Below are positions 11,282 to 20,968 of a stretch of 64,000 nt of DNA, one piece after another. Every line of letters begins with the position of its first letter. Position 1 is the first letter of the stretch. The notes below the pieces were generated by a model that worked only from the letters and a program-made list of their open reading frames with translations, had not been told where the DNA came from and made no database searches. The position numbers were made by a program, and so were the translations under genes. Origin of the DNA: Dehalococcoidia bacterium (GTDB lineage: Bacteria; Chloroflexota; Dehalococcoidia; SHYD01); NCBI GenBank assembly GCA_965261835.1, contig OZ253478.1, positions 2,337,267 to 2,401,266 of the forward strand. The letters are read 5' to 3'.

Positions 11282-12730
11282 ATGGACAGTCCACGTGAAG
11301 CGTGCGGTGTCTTCGGTGTCTACGCCCCCGGTGACGACGTAGCTCGGATTACCTTCTTCGGCCTCTACGCCCTTCAGCATCGCGGTCAAGAAAGCGCGGG
11401 GATCGCCACATCCCACCGCGGTCGCCTGCGAACTGTCACCGGCATGGGATTGGTCACGCAAGTCTTTGACGAAGACGCGCTTAGCGATCTCCACGGTGAC
11501 ATTGCCATCGGCCACACTCGCTACTCCACCACCGGTTCCACCTTAGCGGTAAACGCCCAACCCTTCATTGCTGAGGGGAGCCTCGGCCAGATAGCGATTT
11601 CCCACAACGGGAACGTGGTCAACGCCGAAACGCTGCACCGTGAGATGAAGGCACAGGGTTACAACTTCGACACCTCCACCGATTCAGAGGTGATTGCCGC
11701 CTCCATTGCCAAGGCAGACGGTAAGACATGGGTGGAAAAAGTTCGCAACGGATTGCGTCACCTCGACGGCGCCTACAGCCTCGCCCTGCTCACGAAAGAC
11801 AGCCTGCTCGCAGTTCGAGACCCGTTGGGCATTCGCCCGCTCTGCCTCGGGCGACTGAACGGCGGGTGGGTTGTGGCCTCCGAGACCTGCGCATTGGACC
11901 ACCTGGGCGCGCAGTTTTTACGGGAGATTGAGCCCGGAGAAGTCCTGCGCATTGACGCCCAAGGGATTACCAGCTTCCGGCTGGAGCCATCCACACAACC
12001 AAATGCTTTCTGCATCTTCGAGTACATCTATTTTGCCCGCCCGGACAGCACAATGCACGGTAAGCTGCTTTATCAAGTGCGGGAACGGATGGGGCAACGC
12101 TTGGCGGAAGAGCACGGAGTGGAGGCCGACATTGTCATTGGCACACCGGACTCCGCAATTCCCGCCGCCATCGGCTATGCCCGCGCCTCAGGTATCCCCT
12201 ATAGCGAGGGCCTGATCAAAAACCGCTATGTGGGCCGTACCTTCATTCAGCCCTCACAGCGTATCCGTGACATTGGCGTCCGCCTGAAGTTCAACCCGCT
12301 GCCGGAAGTGCTGCGGGACAAACGGGTAGTGGTGGTGGACGACAGCATTGTGCGGGGCACCACCACGCCACGGGTAGTGAGCCTCCTCCGAAAAGCCGGC
12401 GCCAAGGAGATCCACCTCCGCATCTGCTCCCCGCCTATCAAGCATCCTTGCTTCTTTGGTGTGGACATGGCCACCAAAGGCGAACTTATTGCCGCCCACA
12501 AGACCGTTCCACAGATCAAGGATTTCATAGAAGCCGACTCCCTGGGCTATTTAAGCCTCGAGGGCCTAAACTGGTCCATCGACGTGCCGCAGCAGGGCTT
12601 CTGCACCGCTTGTCTTACGGGCGACTATCCGGTACCGGTGCAACTAGAATTGGACAAGCTTGCCTTGGAATCGGGATGGGCGCAAGATCCGTTGCACAAA
12701 ATCGGCGTAGTTGGTGATCGCCTCAAGTAG
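11282..12730 (+). CDS. purF: amidophosphoribosyltransferase
   Basis: N-terminal catalytic Cys (MDSPREACGVFGVY), class-II glutamine amidotransferase domain plus PRTase motif VVVVDDSIVRGTT. Confidence 0.95.
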   Translation: MDSPREACGVFGVYAPGDDVARITFFGLYALQHRGQESAGIATSHRGRLRTVTGMGLVTQVFDEDALSDLHGDIAIGHTRYSTTGSTLAVNAQPFIAEGSLGQIAISHNGNVVNAETLHREMKAQGYNFDTSTDSEVIAASIAKADGKTWVEKVRNGLRHLDGAYSLALLTKDSLLAVRDPLGIRPLCLGRLNGGWVVASETCALDHLGAQFLREIEPGEVLRIDAQGITSFRLEPSTQPNAFCIFEYIYFARPDSTMHGKLLYQVRERMGQRLAEEHGVEADIVIGTPDSAIPAAIGYARASGIPYSEGLIKNRYVGRTFIQPSQRIRDIGVRLKFNPLPEVLRDKRVVVVDDSIVRGTTTPRVVSLLRKAGAKEIHLRICSPPIKHPCFFGVDMATKGELIAAHKTVPQIKDFIEADSLGYLSLEGLNWSIDVPQQGFCTACLTGDYPVPVQLELDKLALESGWAQDPLHKIGVVGDRLK

Positions 12731-12770
12731 CGGTGAGGGGCGGCGACAAGCTGCATTCAATCAATTAAGA

Positions 12771-12800
12771 GGGGCGTAGCTTACTACTACGCCCTTATCA
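12771..12800 (+). terminator. hairpin downstream of purF (GGGCGTAG-loop-CTACGCCC followed by TTATCAT)
   Basis: 8-bp perfect stem with 7-nt loop directly after purF stop; weak U-tract. Confidence 0.4.
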
Positions 12801-12824
12801 TATGTACACCACAGAAGGGGAACA

Positions 12825-14390
12825 ATGCGCGCAATTCTTAGTGTTTACAATAAAGATGGATTGGTGGACTTTGCCAAAGGCCTGTCAGCACTGGGCGTGG
12901 AGCTGTTCAGCACTGGCGGCACCAAGGGAAGCCTAGAGCATGCGGGCCTCCACGTAAGCGCCGTGGAGGAGATTACCGGTTTTCCCGAAATCCTGGATGG
13001 ACGTGTCAAGACGCTGCATCCTGCCGTCCACGGTGGCCTATTGGCGCGCCGGGAGGTGCCAGACCACGTTGAACAGCTGCGCAAGCACCACATCACCCCC
13101 ATAGACATGGTAGTGGTCAACCTCTACCCCTTCGCCGAGACCATCGCAAAACCCGGGGTCACCCTGGAAGTTGCACTAGAGAACATCGACATTGGCGGCC
13201 CAACCATGCTACGCGCCGCGGCAAAAAACTTCCCCAGCGTCCTGGTGTTGTCCGATCCAACGGACTACGAAAGCGTGCTCAGCGCGCTCCAAACCGAGCA
13301 AACCGACATCGCGCTCCGGCGCCGTTTAGCAGCCAAGGCATTCCAGCACGTGGCCCACTACGACACCATGATTGCATCCTATCTCAGGGACGCTAACGAC
13401 CGTTCCCCCCAGGAGTTAACCGTGGCCATGGAACGGTCATCCACGCTACGCTACGGCGAGAACCCCCACCAGCTGGGAGCATTCTTTCTGGACAGCACGC
13501 TGACCAATCCTGCTAAGGGCGGTATTGCCACTGCGATGCAGCACCACGGCAAGGAGATGTCCTACAACAATTTCCTGGACGTGGACGCGGCATGGAATGC
13601 GGTGAACGACTTTGCTGGCCCTACCTGCGTGGTAGTAAAGCACACCAATCCCTGCGGCGTTGCCACCAGAGAAGACCTGCTCGAGGCATACCGGCTGGCG
13701 GTGCGGGCTGACGCCACCAGCGCGTTTGGCGGGATCGTGGCGTTTAACCGACCACTGGACGAGGCGCTGGCACGGGAACTGCGTGAGTTCCGCAATCCCA
13801 ATGACGGCGAAACCCGAATGTTCTACGAAATCGTCATCGCGCCTTCTTACACGCCGGAAGGCCTGCAGGTGCTGAAAGGGAAATCCAAAGACCTCCGCAT
13901 CCTGGAAGCCAAACCCTTAGCCCCTGGCGGCCGCGCCTACCGCCAAGTTGGCGGGGGCTGGTTGGTGCAGGACACCGACGACAAACGGGTGGAGGAGATC
14001 GAATTTCAGGCGGTGACAGAGCGGCAACCAACACCGGAAGAATGGGACAACCTAAAGTTCGCCTGGCGCAGTGTGAAGCACGTGAAGAGCAACGCCATTA
14101 CCATTGCCAAAGACAACCGGCTGTTAGGGATGGGGAGCGGTCAACCAAACCGGGTGAAGAGCGTGGAAATTGCCATGGACAAGGCGGGAGCTGAGCTAAA
14201 AGGCGCAGCGCTTGCCAGTGACGCCTTTTTCCCCTTCGCCTGGAACGACTCCATCGAGCATGCCTGTAAAGCGGGCATCGGGGTCATTGTCCACCCAGGC
14301 GGCAGCTTGCGAGATCAAGATGGCATCGATTGCTGCAACAAGTACGGGGTGGCAATGGTATTCACTGGCACGCGGCATTTCCGCCATTAG
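12825..14390 (+). CDS. purH: bifunctional AICAR formyltransferase / IMP cyclohydrolase
   Basis: MGS-like N-terminal domain (RAILSVYNKDGLV) and AICARFT domain; 521 aa. Confidence 0.95.
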   Translation: MRAILSVYNKDGLVDFAKGLSALGVELFSTGGTKGSLEHAGLHVSAVEEITGFPEILDGRVKTLHPAVHGGLLARREVPDHVEQLRKHHITPIDMVVVNLYPFAETIAKPGVTLEVALENIDIGGPTMLRAAAKNFPSVLVLSDPTDYESVLSALQTEQTDIALRRRLAAKAFQHVAHYDTMIASYLRDANDRSPQELTVAMERSSTLRYGENPHQLGAFFLDSTLTNPAKGGIATAMQHHGKEMSYNNFLDVDAAWNAVNDFAGPTCVVVKHTNPCGVATREDLLEAYRLAVRADATSAFGGIVAFNRPLDEALARELREFRNPNDGETRMFYEIVIAPSYTPEGLQVLKGKSKDLRILEAKPLAPGGRAYRQVGGGWLVQDTDDKRVEEIEFQAVTERQPTPEEWDNLKFAWRSVKHVKSNAITIAKDNRLLGMGSGQPNRVKSVEIAMDKAGAELKGAALASDAFFPFAWNDSIEHACKAGIGVIVHPGGSLRDQDGIDCCNKYGVAMVFTGTRHFRH

Positions 14391-14505
14391 TGTGTGTAGA
14401 AACCCGTCAGCCCACCCACAACCTGCTTCAGACCGCGAGTTTCTCTATCCCCCCTTGCCAACTCCATATCTAGTTGTGAAAAACTAGCAAACACTAGATA
14501 TTGAA

Positions 14506-14535
14506 GACAGGCGGACACCGTTCCGCCTGTCTTCG
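14506..14535 (+). terminator. stem-loop GACAGGCGGA-CACCGT-TCCGCCTGTC downstream of purH
   Basis: 10-bp perfect inverted repeat; followed by TTCG, so U-tract is poor. Confidence 0.35.
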
Positions 14536-14621
14536 CGCGAGTCGCGAGGTGGTCTTGAGACAGGCAGAACGCAGGTCACCATTACGCTTCAGCAACAGCC
14601 TGCTAGTACAGACGGGGCCGG

Positions 14622-15026
14622 GTGAATAGCGCCGTCATTAACTTGGACCTCACCCGAGGGGAGCTATGGCTGTTGCGCCGGGTCCTCACGAAGCGTCTGG
14701 GCGCCCTGGGCTTGGTAGACTCCACTACTGACAGTGAATTCGCCGAGATCGAGGCGCTAACACGCGCTATTCCCCGCCTGACCGAATGCTCTGAGCAGGG
14801 ACAGACGCATATCCAGATGCCTGCCATCCTGCTCCCGCCAGCCCTGGACTACTTAGAATGTCCCCACAAACTCCTGCCACCGGCGGCCATGGCAACATCC
14901 CGAATAGCCCTCAAGTCACTCCTAGACAAGCTCACGCGCATAGCAAACCCCGGCACATTCAAACTTCGAGTGCTCCGTCACATCGTGGACCGCGTGAGTC
15001 GTGCAACGCTGATCGCCTGCCACTAA
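14622..15026 (+). CDS. hypothetical protein (weak call)
   Basis: 134-aa ORF in the gap between purH and the GT2 gene; no recognisable motif; same strand as neighbours. Confidence 0.3.
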   Translation: MNSAVINLDLTRGELWLLRRVLTKRLGALGLVDSTTDSEFAEIEALTRAIPRLTECSEQGQTHIQMPAILLPPALDYLECPHKLLPPAAMATSRIALKSLLDKLTRIANPGTFKLRVLRHIVDRVSRATLIACH

Positions 15027-15074
15027 CCCCACTCAGCCCCCATCTCACGCTCGCCACTTTGCTACAATCATGCT

Positions 15075-15872
15075 ATGACGCATGCTGTGACCTCAAATAG
15101 CGCGACGGCCCCTTCTCTCACCGCTGCACCCGTTGAAGAGATAATTATTGGGGTGAGCACACCCGTCCGGGTGGACGCCGTGATCCCCGTTTACAATGAG
15201 CAGCAGGTGTTACGGCAGAGTGTCGAGCGGTTGCGATCCTTCCTGCTGGAGCGCCCACAACTGCATCGCTGCATGATCGTTATTGCCGACAACGCCTCCA
15301 CCGACAACACGCTCGCCGTAGCACAGCAGTTGGCGCGGGAGTACCCGGAGCAGGTCTCCTGGCTCCATCTGGATGAAAAGGGCCGCGGCCGTGCGCTCCG
15401 GCAGGCATGGCTGAGCAGCGACGCCGACGTACTCTCCTACATGGACGTGGACCTTTCCACCAACCTGGCGTCGTACCCGCTCCTCGTACAATCCATCATC
15501 AACGGCTACGACATCGCTATCGGCTCACGGCTGCTGGCGGAAGCCTGCACCAACCGGTCGCTCAAACGAGAGGTCATTTCTCGGGGCTACAACCTGCTGA
15601 TCAAGCTCTCACAGTGCACCAACATCTCCGATACGCAGTGCGGCTTCAAAGCAATCAGCCGGAGCGCCGCGCAGAAACTGCTCCCGCTGGTGCAGAACCA
15701 AGAATGGTTCTTCGACACCGAGCTTCTGCTCATTGCCAACAAGCTGGGCTACACCATCAAGGAACTCCCCGTTACCTGGGTAGAAGACCCCGACAGCCGT
15801 GTAAAAATCCTTCAGACCGCCTGGGAAGACATCAAGGGCCTCGTCCGGATCAGGCTCCATCCACCTCACTAG
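15075..15872 (+). CDS. family 2 glycosyltransferase (dolichol-phosphate mannosyltransferase-like)
   Basis: VIPVYNEQ...IADNASTDNT and downstream DxD-region pattern typical of GT2/GT-A fold. Confidence 0.8.
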   Translation: MTHAVTSNSATAPSLTAAPVEEIIIGVSTPVRVDAVIPVYNEQQVLRQSVERLRSFLLERPQLHRCMIVIADNASTDNTLAVAQQLAREYPEQVSWLHLDEKGRGRALRQAWLSSDADVLSYMDVDLSTNLASYPLLVQSIINGYDIAIGSRLLAEACTNRSLKREVISRGYNLLIKLSQCTNISDTQCGFKAISRSAAQKLLPLVQNQEWFFDTELLLIANKLGYTIKELPVTWVEDPDSRVKILQTAWEDIKGLVRIRLHPPH

Positions 15873-16037
15873 GCGGTGGGCGTTGTGTGACGTTCACGCA
15901 CGGTATGCTCTCAGCAGCGCGTTAACGTCCCCAGGCCGCGGCTTCGACTTCGCTCCAAGAAGCCGCTATAATAGCATCTCAGTAGTAACGCACGCAGTAA
16001 CACAAACTGCGGCACATAAATGAACGCAAGGAACGTA

Positions 16038-17894
16038 ATGAACATCATCGTCTGCGTGAAACAAGTTCCCAACGTGGCCGCCATCAAGTTCGACCGTGAG
16101 GCCAAGACCATTGTTCGAGAGGGCGTCCCGCTTCAGCTCAATTCGCTAGACCGTAGAGCGCTTACTCAAGCGTTGGACCTCCGGGACCAACTTGGAGGTA
16201 AGGTCACGGTCATCTCCTTGGGGCCACCTCAGGCCAAGAGCGCGCTCATCGAATGTCTGGCCACCGGTGCAGACGAAGCGATTCTGATCTCAGATCGCGC
16301 CTTTGCGGGGTCGGACACCCTTGCCACCGCCCGCGCGCTGGCCGCAGCCATTCGGAAGCTCCCTTATGACGTGGTGTTCTGCGGCCGTTTCAGCATTGAC
16401 GCCGAGACCGGTCAAGTCGGGCCGGAGGTGGCCGAACTCCTCGACCTCCCGCACGCAACCAACCTCTTCCGCCTGACCGCTGAAGGCGATGGGACCCGGC
16501 TCACCGCGACCCGGGAAGTGGAAGAGGGCTTCGAGATTCTGGACGTGCAGACCCCCTGCCTGTTGACCGCCGGCGAGTTTCTGGTCACACCCCGACGCCC
16601 GACGCCCGACGAGATAGAGCAGTTCGAAGATCATCCGGTCGCAGTCTGGACCGCCGCCGATCTAGGACTAGCCGCCGACCAGATCGGCGCCGCCGGGTCA
16701 CCCACAACCGTGTCCGAGATCCAGGAGTTCGTGGTGCAGCGGGAACAGCGGGTGGTGCAGCAAGACGACCCCGATGCCGCCGCAAAGCTCATCATGGACT
16801 ACCTAATGGCGAAAGGACTTTCCCAACCTTGGGAACGCTCGGTGGCGGCAACGCCGGCGCGGCGGACCGGCGGCGCCCTACGCAGCGACCGCGCGGTCTG
16901 GGTGGTTGCAGACCACGCGCTGGGCCAACTCCGGCACGTGACGCTGGAGCTCCTGGGTAAGGGCGTGGAACTGGCGCACCAACTCAACGGGGAACTAATC
17001 GCCGTCCTCATTGGCAACGATGTGAGCGGCCTTGCGGACACCCTCGCCAGGTACGGCGCCGACCGGGTCTATCTGGCGGAGGACCCCACTTTGGCGCATT
17101 ACAACAGTGCCGCTTATAGCCACGTCCTGAGCGAGGCCATCACCCATTACAAGCCCTACGTGGTTCTGCTAGGAGCTACCATCAACGGGCGGGACCTTGC
17201 GCCGCGGGTTGCCGCCCGGCTGCAGCTTGGCCTCACCGGTGACGCCATTGACCTGGAGATCGATGCGCAGGAACAAGTAGTGCAGCTCAAGCCCGCCTTT
17301 GGCGGCAGCATTGTGGCGCCCATTATCTCCCGTACCGTACCCGTCATTGCTACCGTGCGCCCAGGCATGCTGGCCAGCTTAGCCCCCCAGCCGGAGCAAC
17401 GAGCCGTAGTGGAAAACCTGAATCTCACGTTGAGCAAAGATGACCGGGTACGGTTGTTGGAGTTCCAGCCCACAGTGGGCACACCCGGCTTGGAGCTGGA
17501 CAGCGCAGAGGTAGTGGTGGGCGTGGGCATGGGCGTAGGCAGTGCGGATAACGTGCCGCCCTTCCAAGCCCTTGCCGCTGCTTTTGACGGAGCGCTTGCC
17601 ACCACCCTACCTGCTGTTCGAGGAAAGGTCCTCCCTAGCCAGCTTCAAGTTGGGCTGACCGGCCGATCCATTGCACCGCGCTTCTATTTAGCATTTGCCA
17701 TCAGCGGCGCGCTTAACCACCTCATCGGCATCCAGCGCACCGAGACCATCGTGGCCGTCAACAAAGACCCCGAAGCCGCCATCTTCAAGAGCTGCGACTT
17801 CGGCATCGTCGGCGACTACACCACCATCGTTCCCGCCTTGACCAAACTGGCCAACGAGGCGAAACCAACGCTGGCAGTGCGTAGTACTCACTAG
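16038..17894 (+). CDS. etfBA: electron transfer flavoprotein, fused beta (N-terminal) and alpha (C-terminal) subunits
   Basis: N-terminus MNIIVCVKQVPN... is EtfB-like; from ~aa 290 onwards (VWVVADHALG...LIGNDVSGLADTL...FAD-binding C-terminus) is EtfA-like; a single uninterrupted 620-aa frame. ATG 16038 preferred over 16020. Confidence 0.8.
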   Translation: MNIIVCVKQVPNVAAIKFDREAKTIVREGVPLQLNSLDRRALTQALDLRDQLGGKVTVISLGPPQAKSALIECLATGADEAILISDRAFAGSDTLATARALAAAIRKLPYDVVFCGRFSIDAETGQVGPEVAELLDLPHATNLFRLTAEGDGTRLTATREVEEGFEILDVQTPCLLTAGEFLVTPRRPTPDEIEQFEDHPVAVWTAADLGLAADQIGAAGSPTTVSEIQEFVVQREQRVVQQDDPDAAAKLIMDYLMAKGLSQPWERSVAATPARRTGGALRSDRAVWVVADHALGQLRHVTLELLGKGVELAHQLNGELIAVLIGNDVSGLADTLARYGADRVYLAEDPTLAHYNSAAYSHVLSEAITHYKPYVVLLGATINGRDLAPRVAARLQLGLTGDAIDLEIDAQEQVVQLKPAFGGSIVAPIISRTVPVIATVRPGMLASLAPQPEQRAVVENLNLTLSKDDRVRLLEFQPTVGTPGLELDSAEVVVGVGMGVGSADNVPPFQALAAAFDGALATTLPAVRGKVLPSQLQVGLTGRSIAPRFYLAFAISGALNHLIGIQRTETIVAVNKDPEAAIFKSCDFGIVGDYTTIVPALTKLANEAKPTLAVRSTH

Positions 17895-17923
17895 CGCCAA
17901 GCAGCAGCCACCTGCCTCACCCC

Positions 17924-18922
17924 ATGCGGTACGCCGCCCTTGCCCTTACCCTGAGCGTCCTGCTCGCGGCGTGTCGCTGGTCCGGGACACCACTCCCCGT
18001 CACACAATCCTCCACTCCCACAATTGCCACTACCCATAACGGCACGATAGCTCCCCCGGACGAAGCCGAGCTGACGATCACTGAACAGCTGACGCCTACA
18101 GACACCACGTGGCTAACGGAAGCTGGACCTGGGCCGTTGCCGCCACTGCTGGACGCGCCCGCCAACCTGACGGCCCGCTCGTCTGACAAAATAGCCGGGG
18201 TGACGGCAAAGGCGTACATGGTGATGGACTGGAATACTGGGGAGATACTGCTGGAAACATCCGCCACCACGCCATTGCCGCCGGCTAGCCTCACCAAGAT
18301 CATGACCGCAGTGCTCGCGCTGGAGCGAGGTAACCTCGACGACTTGGTAATGGTGGATGAGTCGGTCTTGAACTTGCGCTACAGCACGTTGATGGGTATC
18401 CAGCCGGGCGAACGGCTCACGCTACGGGACCTGCTCTACGGGCTGATGCTGCCCTCAGGCAACGATGCGGCAATCGCTATCGCACGGCACCTTGCAGGCA
18501 CCGAGACAACCTTCGTGGAGTGGATGAACCAACAGGCCCGTGAGCTGGGCCTCGCCAGCGCGCACTACGCCAACCCGCACGGTCTTGACTCACGCCGTAC
18601 TTCCCAGGTGCTCTCAGCTTACGACCTGGCCGAGCTCACCCGCTACGCGATGCTGGATCCGGAGTTCCGGGACATTGTGGGCACACGTCTATGGACCGCG
18701 CACGGCGAGCAGCAAACCTACGAAATGGCTAACAGCAACCGATTGCTTGGCGCTTACTCGGGAGCCGCGGGCGTGAAAATCGGCTACACCCGCCGCGCCG
18801 GTCAGACCCTTGTGGGATCGGTGGTGCGGGACGGCCGCCGCCTCATCGTGGTAGTGCTGGGCAGTCAGCAGCGCGTCACCGACACGATCCGGTTGCTCGA
18901 CGCCGCATTTGCGCTGCCGTAG
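17924..18922 (+). CDS. D-alanyl-D-alanine carboxypeptidase (serine-type, S11) lipoprotein
   Basis: Signal peptide with lipobox LAAC; SxxK active site (ASLTKIMT), SGN motif (LPSGNDAA), KxG motif (KIGYT). Confidence 0.8.
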   Translation: MRYAALALTLSVLLAACRWSGTPLPVTQSSTPTIATTHNGTIAPPDEAELTITEQLTPTDTTWLTEAGPGPLPPLLDAPANLTARSSDKIAGVTAKAYMVMDWNTGEILLETSATTPLPPASLTKIMTAVLALERGNLDDLVMVDESVLNLRYSTLMGIQPGERLTLRDLLYGLMLPSGNDAAIAIARHLAGTETTFVEWMNQQARELGLASAHYANPHGLDSRRTSQVLSAYDLAELTRYAMLDPEFRDIVGTRLWTAHGEQQTYEMANSNRLLGAYSGAAGVKIGYTRRAGQTLVGSVVRDGRRLIVVVLGSQQRVTDTIRLLDAAFALP

Positions 18923-18997
18923 CCGCAACCGCCGGTTCGAGGCCCCGTGGTTGAGCAAGCCGAACCATAGCCGCCTTCTCCCTGCGCTCGAGTGAGA

Positions 18998-19035
18998 AAA
19001 AGCCCCGCAACCATATGGTATGCGGGGCTTGAGGT
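18998..19035. terminator. bidirectional intrinsic terminator between convergent genes
   Basis: AAAAAGCCCCGCA-loop-TGCGGGGCTT perfect 10-bp stem flanked by A-run on one side and T-containing tail on the other. Confidence 0.6.
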
Positions 19036-19054
19036 TTCTAGCCGAGGGGCGTCG

Positions 19055-19486
19055 TTACATCTTGAACTCGGCGGGTTCCACGTACTCCCAGGGCTCGCCG
19101 GCCCGGTACTTCGCGGCAATGTCCAGCACCTTCAGCGCGTACTGGAAAGCATAGGGCATACCGGGGCCGCCCGGCACAAAGCCACCGGCGATGGTCCCCA
19201 CCGCTACTGCCTCAAAGATCTCACCGTCAGTTGCGCCGGCTTCAATAGCCGGAATGACATGAATGAGGCAGGCCGGAGAGCGGTACGACACACCGATAGA
19301 TGTGAACATCAACTCTTTAATCTTCCGGGGGAGCGCGCCGTCCGCCCAAATGGTTGCGTAGAAATCGGAGAACGCTTCGCCTGCCGCAGGGTGAACGGTG
19401 TTGATGATCTGGAACATCCGGGGGGTGAAGAGCATCTTCTCTTTCATGTAAGCATTGGCTTGTTCGGCCCGGGACTGGGTAGTCAT
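19055..19486 (-). CDS. carboxymuconolactone decarboxylase (CMD) / AhpD-like family protein
   Basis: 143 aa; AhpD-like fold signatures; last gene of a 5-gene minus-strand operon. Confidence 0.75.
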   Translation of the reverse strand: MTTQSRAEQANAYMKEKMLFTPRMFQIINTVHPAAGEAFSDFYATIWADGALPRKIKELMFTSIGVSYRSPACLIHVIPAIEAGATDGEIFEAVAVGTIAGGFVPGGPGMPYAFQYALKVLDIAAKYRAGEPWEYVEPAEFKM

Positions 19487-19562
19487 ACGTAAGTCCTCCT
19501 GTGTCTATATAGCATACTAGCAATGTTGAGGTAAGCAGATGACAATGTCAATATGGCAAGGG

Positions 19563-20943
19563 TTAAGCGCTCAATAACGGTGGGTCCCGCGCCCGGTCCT
19601 GTGCTCCTAGGCTAAGCACTCGGTCTACAAACGCAGTCGAGAGCCCCAACGAGTTCCGCAGGTCAAACGCGGCGTCAAGATCATCTACTGAGAGATGCTT
19701 GACCGCCTCGGTCTGCTCCAACGCCGCTCGCAACGGCATGCTCTGCTCCACGGCGGTCATTGCAGCCTCGTACACCATCCAGTGTGCGGACTGCTTTCCC
19801 AGCTTCTGGGTGAGCACACCCATCACCGCTTCTGATGCCAGTAACCCGTTCTCTTCATGCAGATTGCGCCGCATCGCTACCGCGTCTATCACTAGTCCGG
19901 CCAGAACATCGCGCGTGATCTGCATCGATTTTCCCGCCAGTACGCATGCTTCCGGTAGTGCCACCCACTCCGCCTTCCAGGGGCGCCCGTCACGCTCGTG
20001 CTCCTGCACCACGCCCTCCAACAACACGGCGGCATCTGCCCGCACCAGCCGCGCGAGCGTTGAGAGGTGCTCCACTGTCTCAGGGTTGCGCTTGTGCGGC
20101 ATGGTGACGCTCCCAACCCTGCCCGGTTCGAAGGGCTCGTACGCTTCCCCGATCTCTGGCCGTTGCAGCGTATAGATCTCGGTGCCAATTTTGGCGCAGG
20201 TCTGGCTGACTAGCGCCAAGAAGTGGGCGAACTCCGCCAGGTTATCCCGCGCCGTGTTCCACACGATGTCCGGCACGCCCACACCCAAGCGGTCCATGAC
20301 CCGGCGTTGCAGCTCCAAGCCCTGCTCCGGCCAAAACGCCAGCGTGCCTACGCCGCCGCACAACTGTCCTAGAACCAACCGCGGCCGCAACTCCTTGAGA
20401 CGCTGAATATGACGGCGTAGCTCGCGCGCCCACACCGCAGCCTTGAAGCCAAAGGTAATGGGCAAGCCGGTCTGGCCGTGCGTGCGGCCGGGCATCATCG
20501 TGTCCCGATGCTCCCGCGCCAGGCGAAGACACTCCGCCTCAATAGCGCGCAGGTCACGATAAGCCACGTCGCAGACGGTGCGGAAGGCAATGGCGTTTGC
20601 GGTGTCGGTGATGTCATGAACGGTGGTGCCGTAGTTGATGTACTCGCCAGCCTCGCCGTCACACACGGTCTGCAACACCCGGATAGTCGAGAGCAATGAA
20701 TGGCTCGTCTCCTGGATGCCGCGGCGGATGGCCTCAATGTCCAACAGCTCAACCTTAGCCTTGCGCGCTACTTCCTCCGCTGCGGTAGATGGAATGAGAC
20801 CCAGCGCCGCCTGCTCCAGAGCGAGCGCCGCCAGCACATCCAGCCAGCGTTGTAACCGGGCGTTGTCGTCAAAGAGCTCACGGAGTTCAGGGGTGCTCCA
20901 GCTATCTCGAAACAGCTCGGAATCCATTAAGTGTACCGGCATG
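19563..20943 (-). CDS. aspartase/fumarase superfamily lyase, PcaB / adenylosuccinate-lyase-like
   Basis: Signature loop GSVTMPHKRNPETVEHL; ATG at 20943 (MPVHLMD...) preceded by GAGG; the longer ORF to 21074 has no support. Confidence 0.75.
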
Positions 20944-20968
20944 ACTCGCCTCGATTTTGGATAGCGTT

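Noticed and set aside
14461-14490. CTAGTTGTGAAAAACTAG inverted repeat downstream of purH
   Set aside because: Short (5-6 bp arms), could occur by chance; the adjacent 10-bp GC hairpin is the more plausible terminator.
19055-20943. Beta-ketoadipate pathway pcaB-pcaC pair
   Set aside because: Other pca genes (pcaGH, pcaD, pcaIJF) are absent, and the pair is co-operonic with comA-like and argH-like genes. A sulfonate-biosynthesis role seems more coherent, though not excluded.
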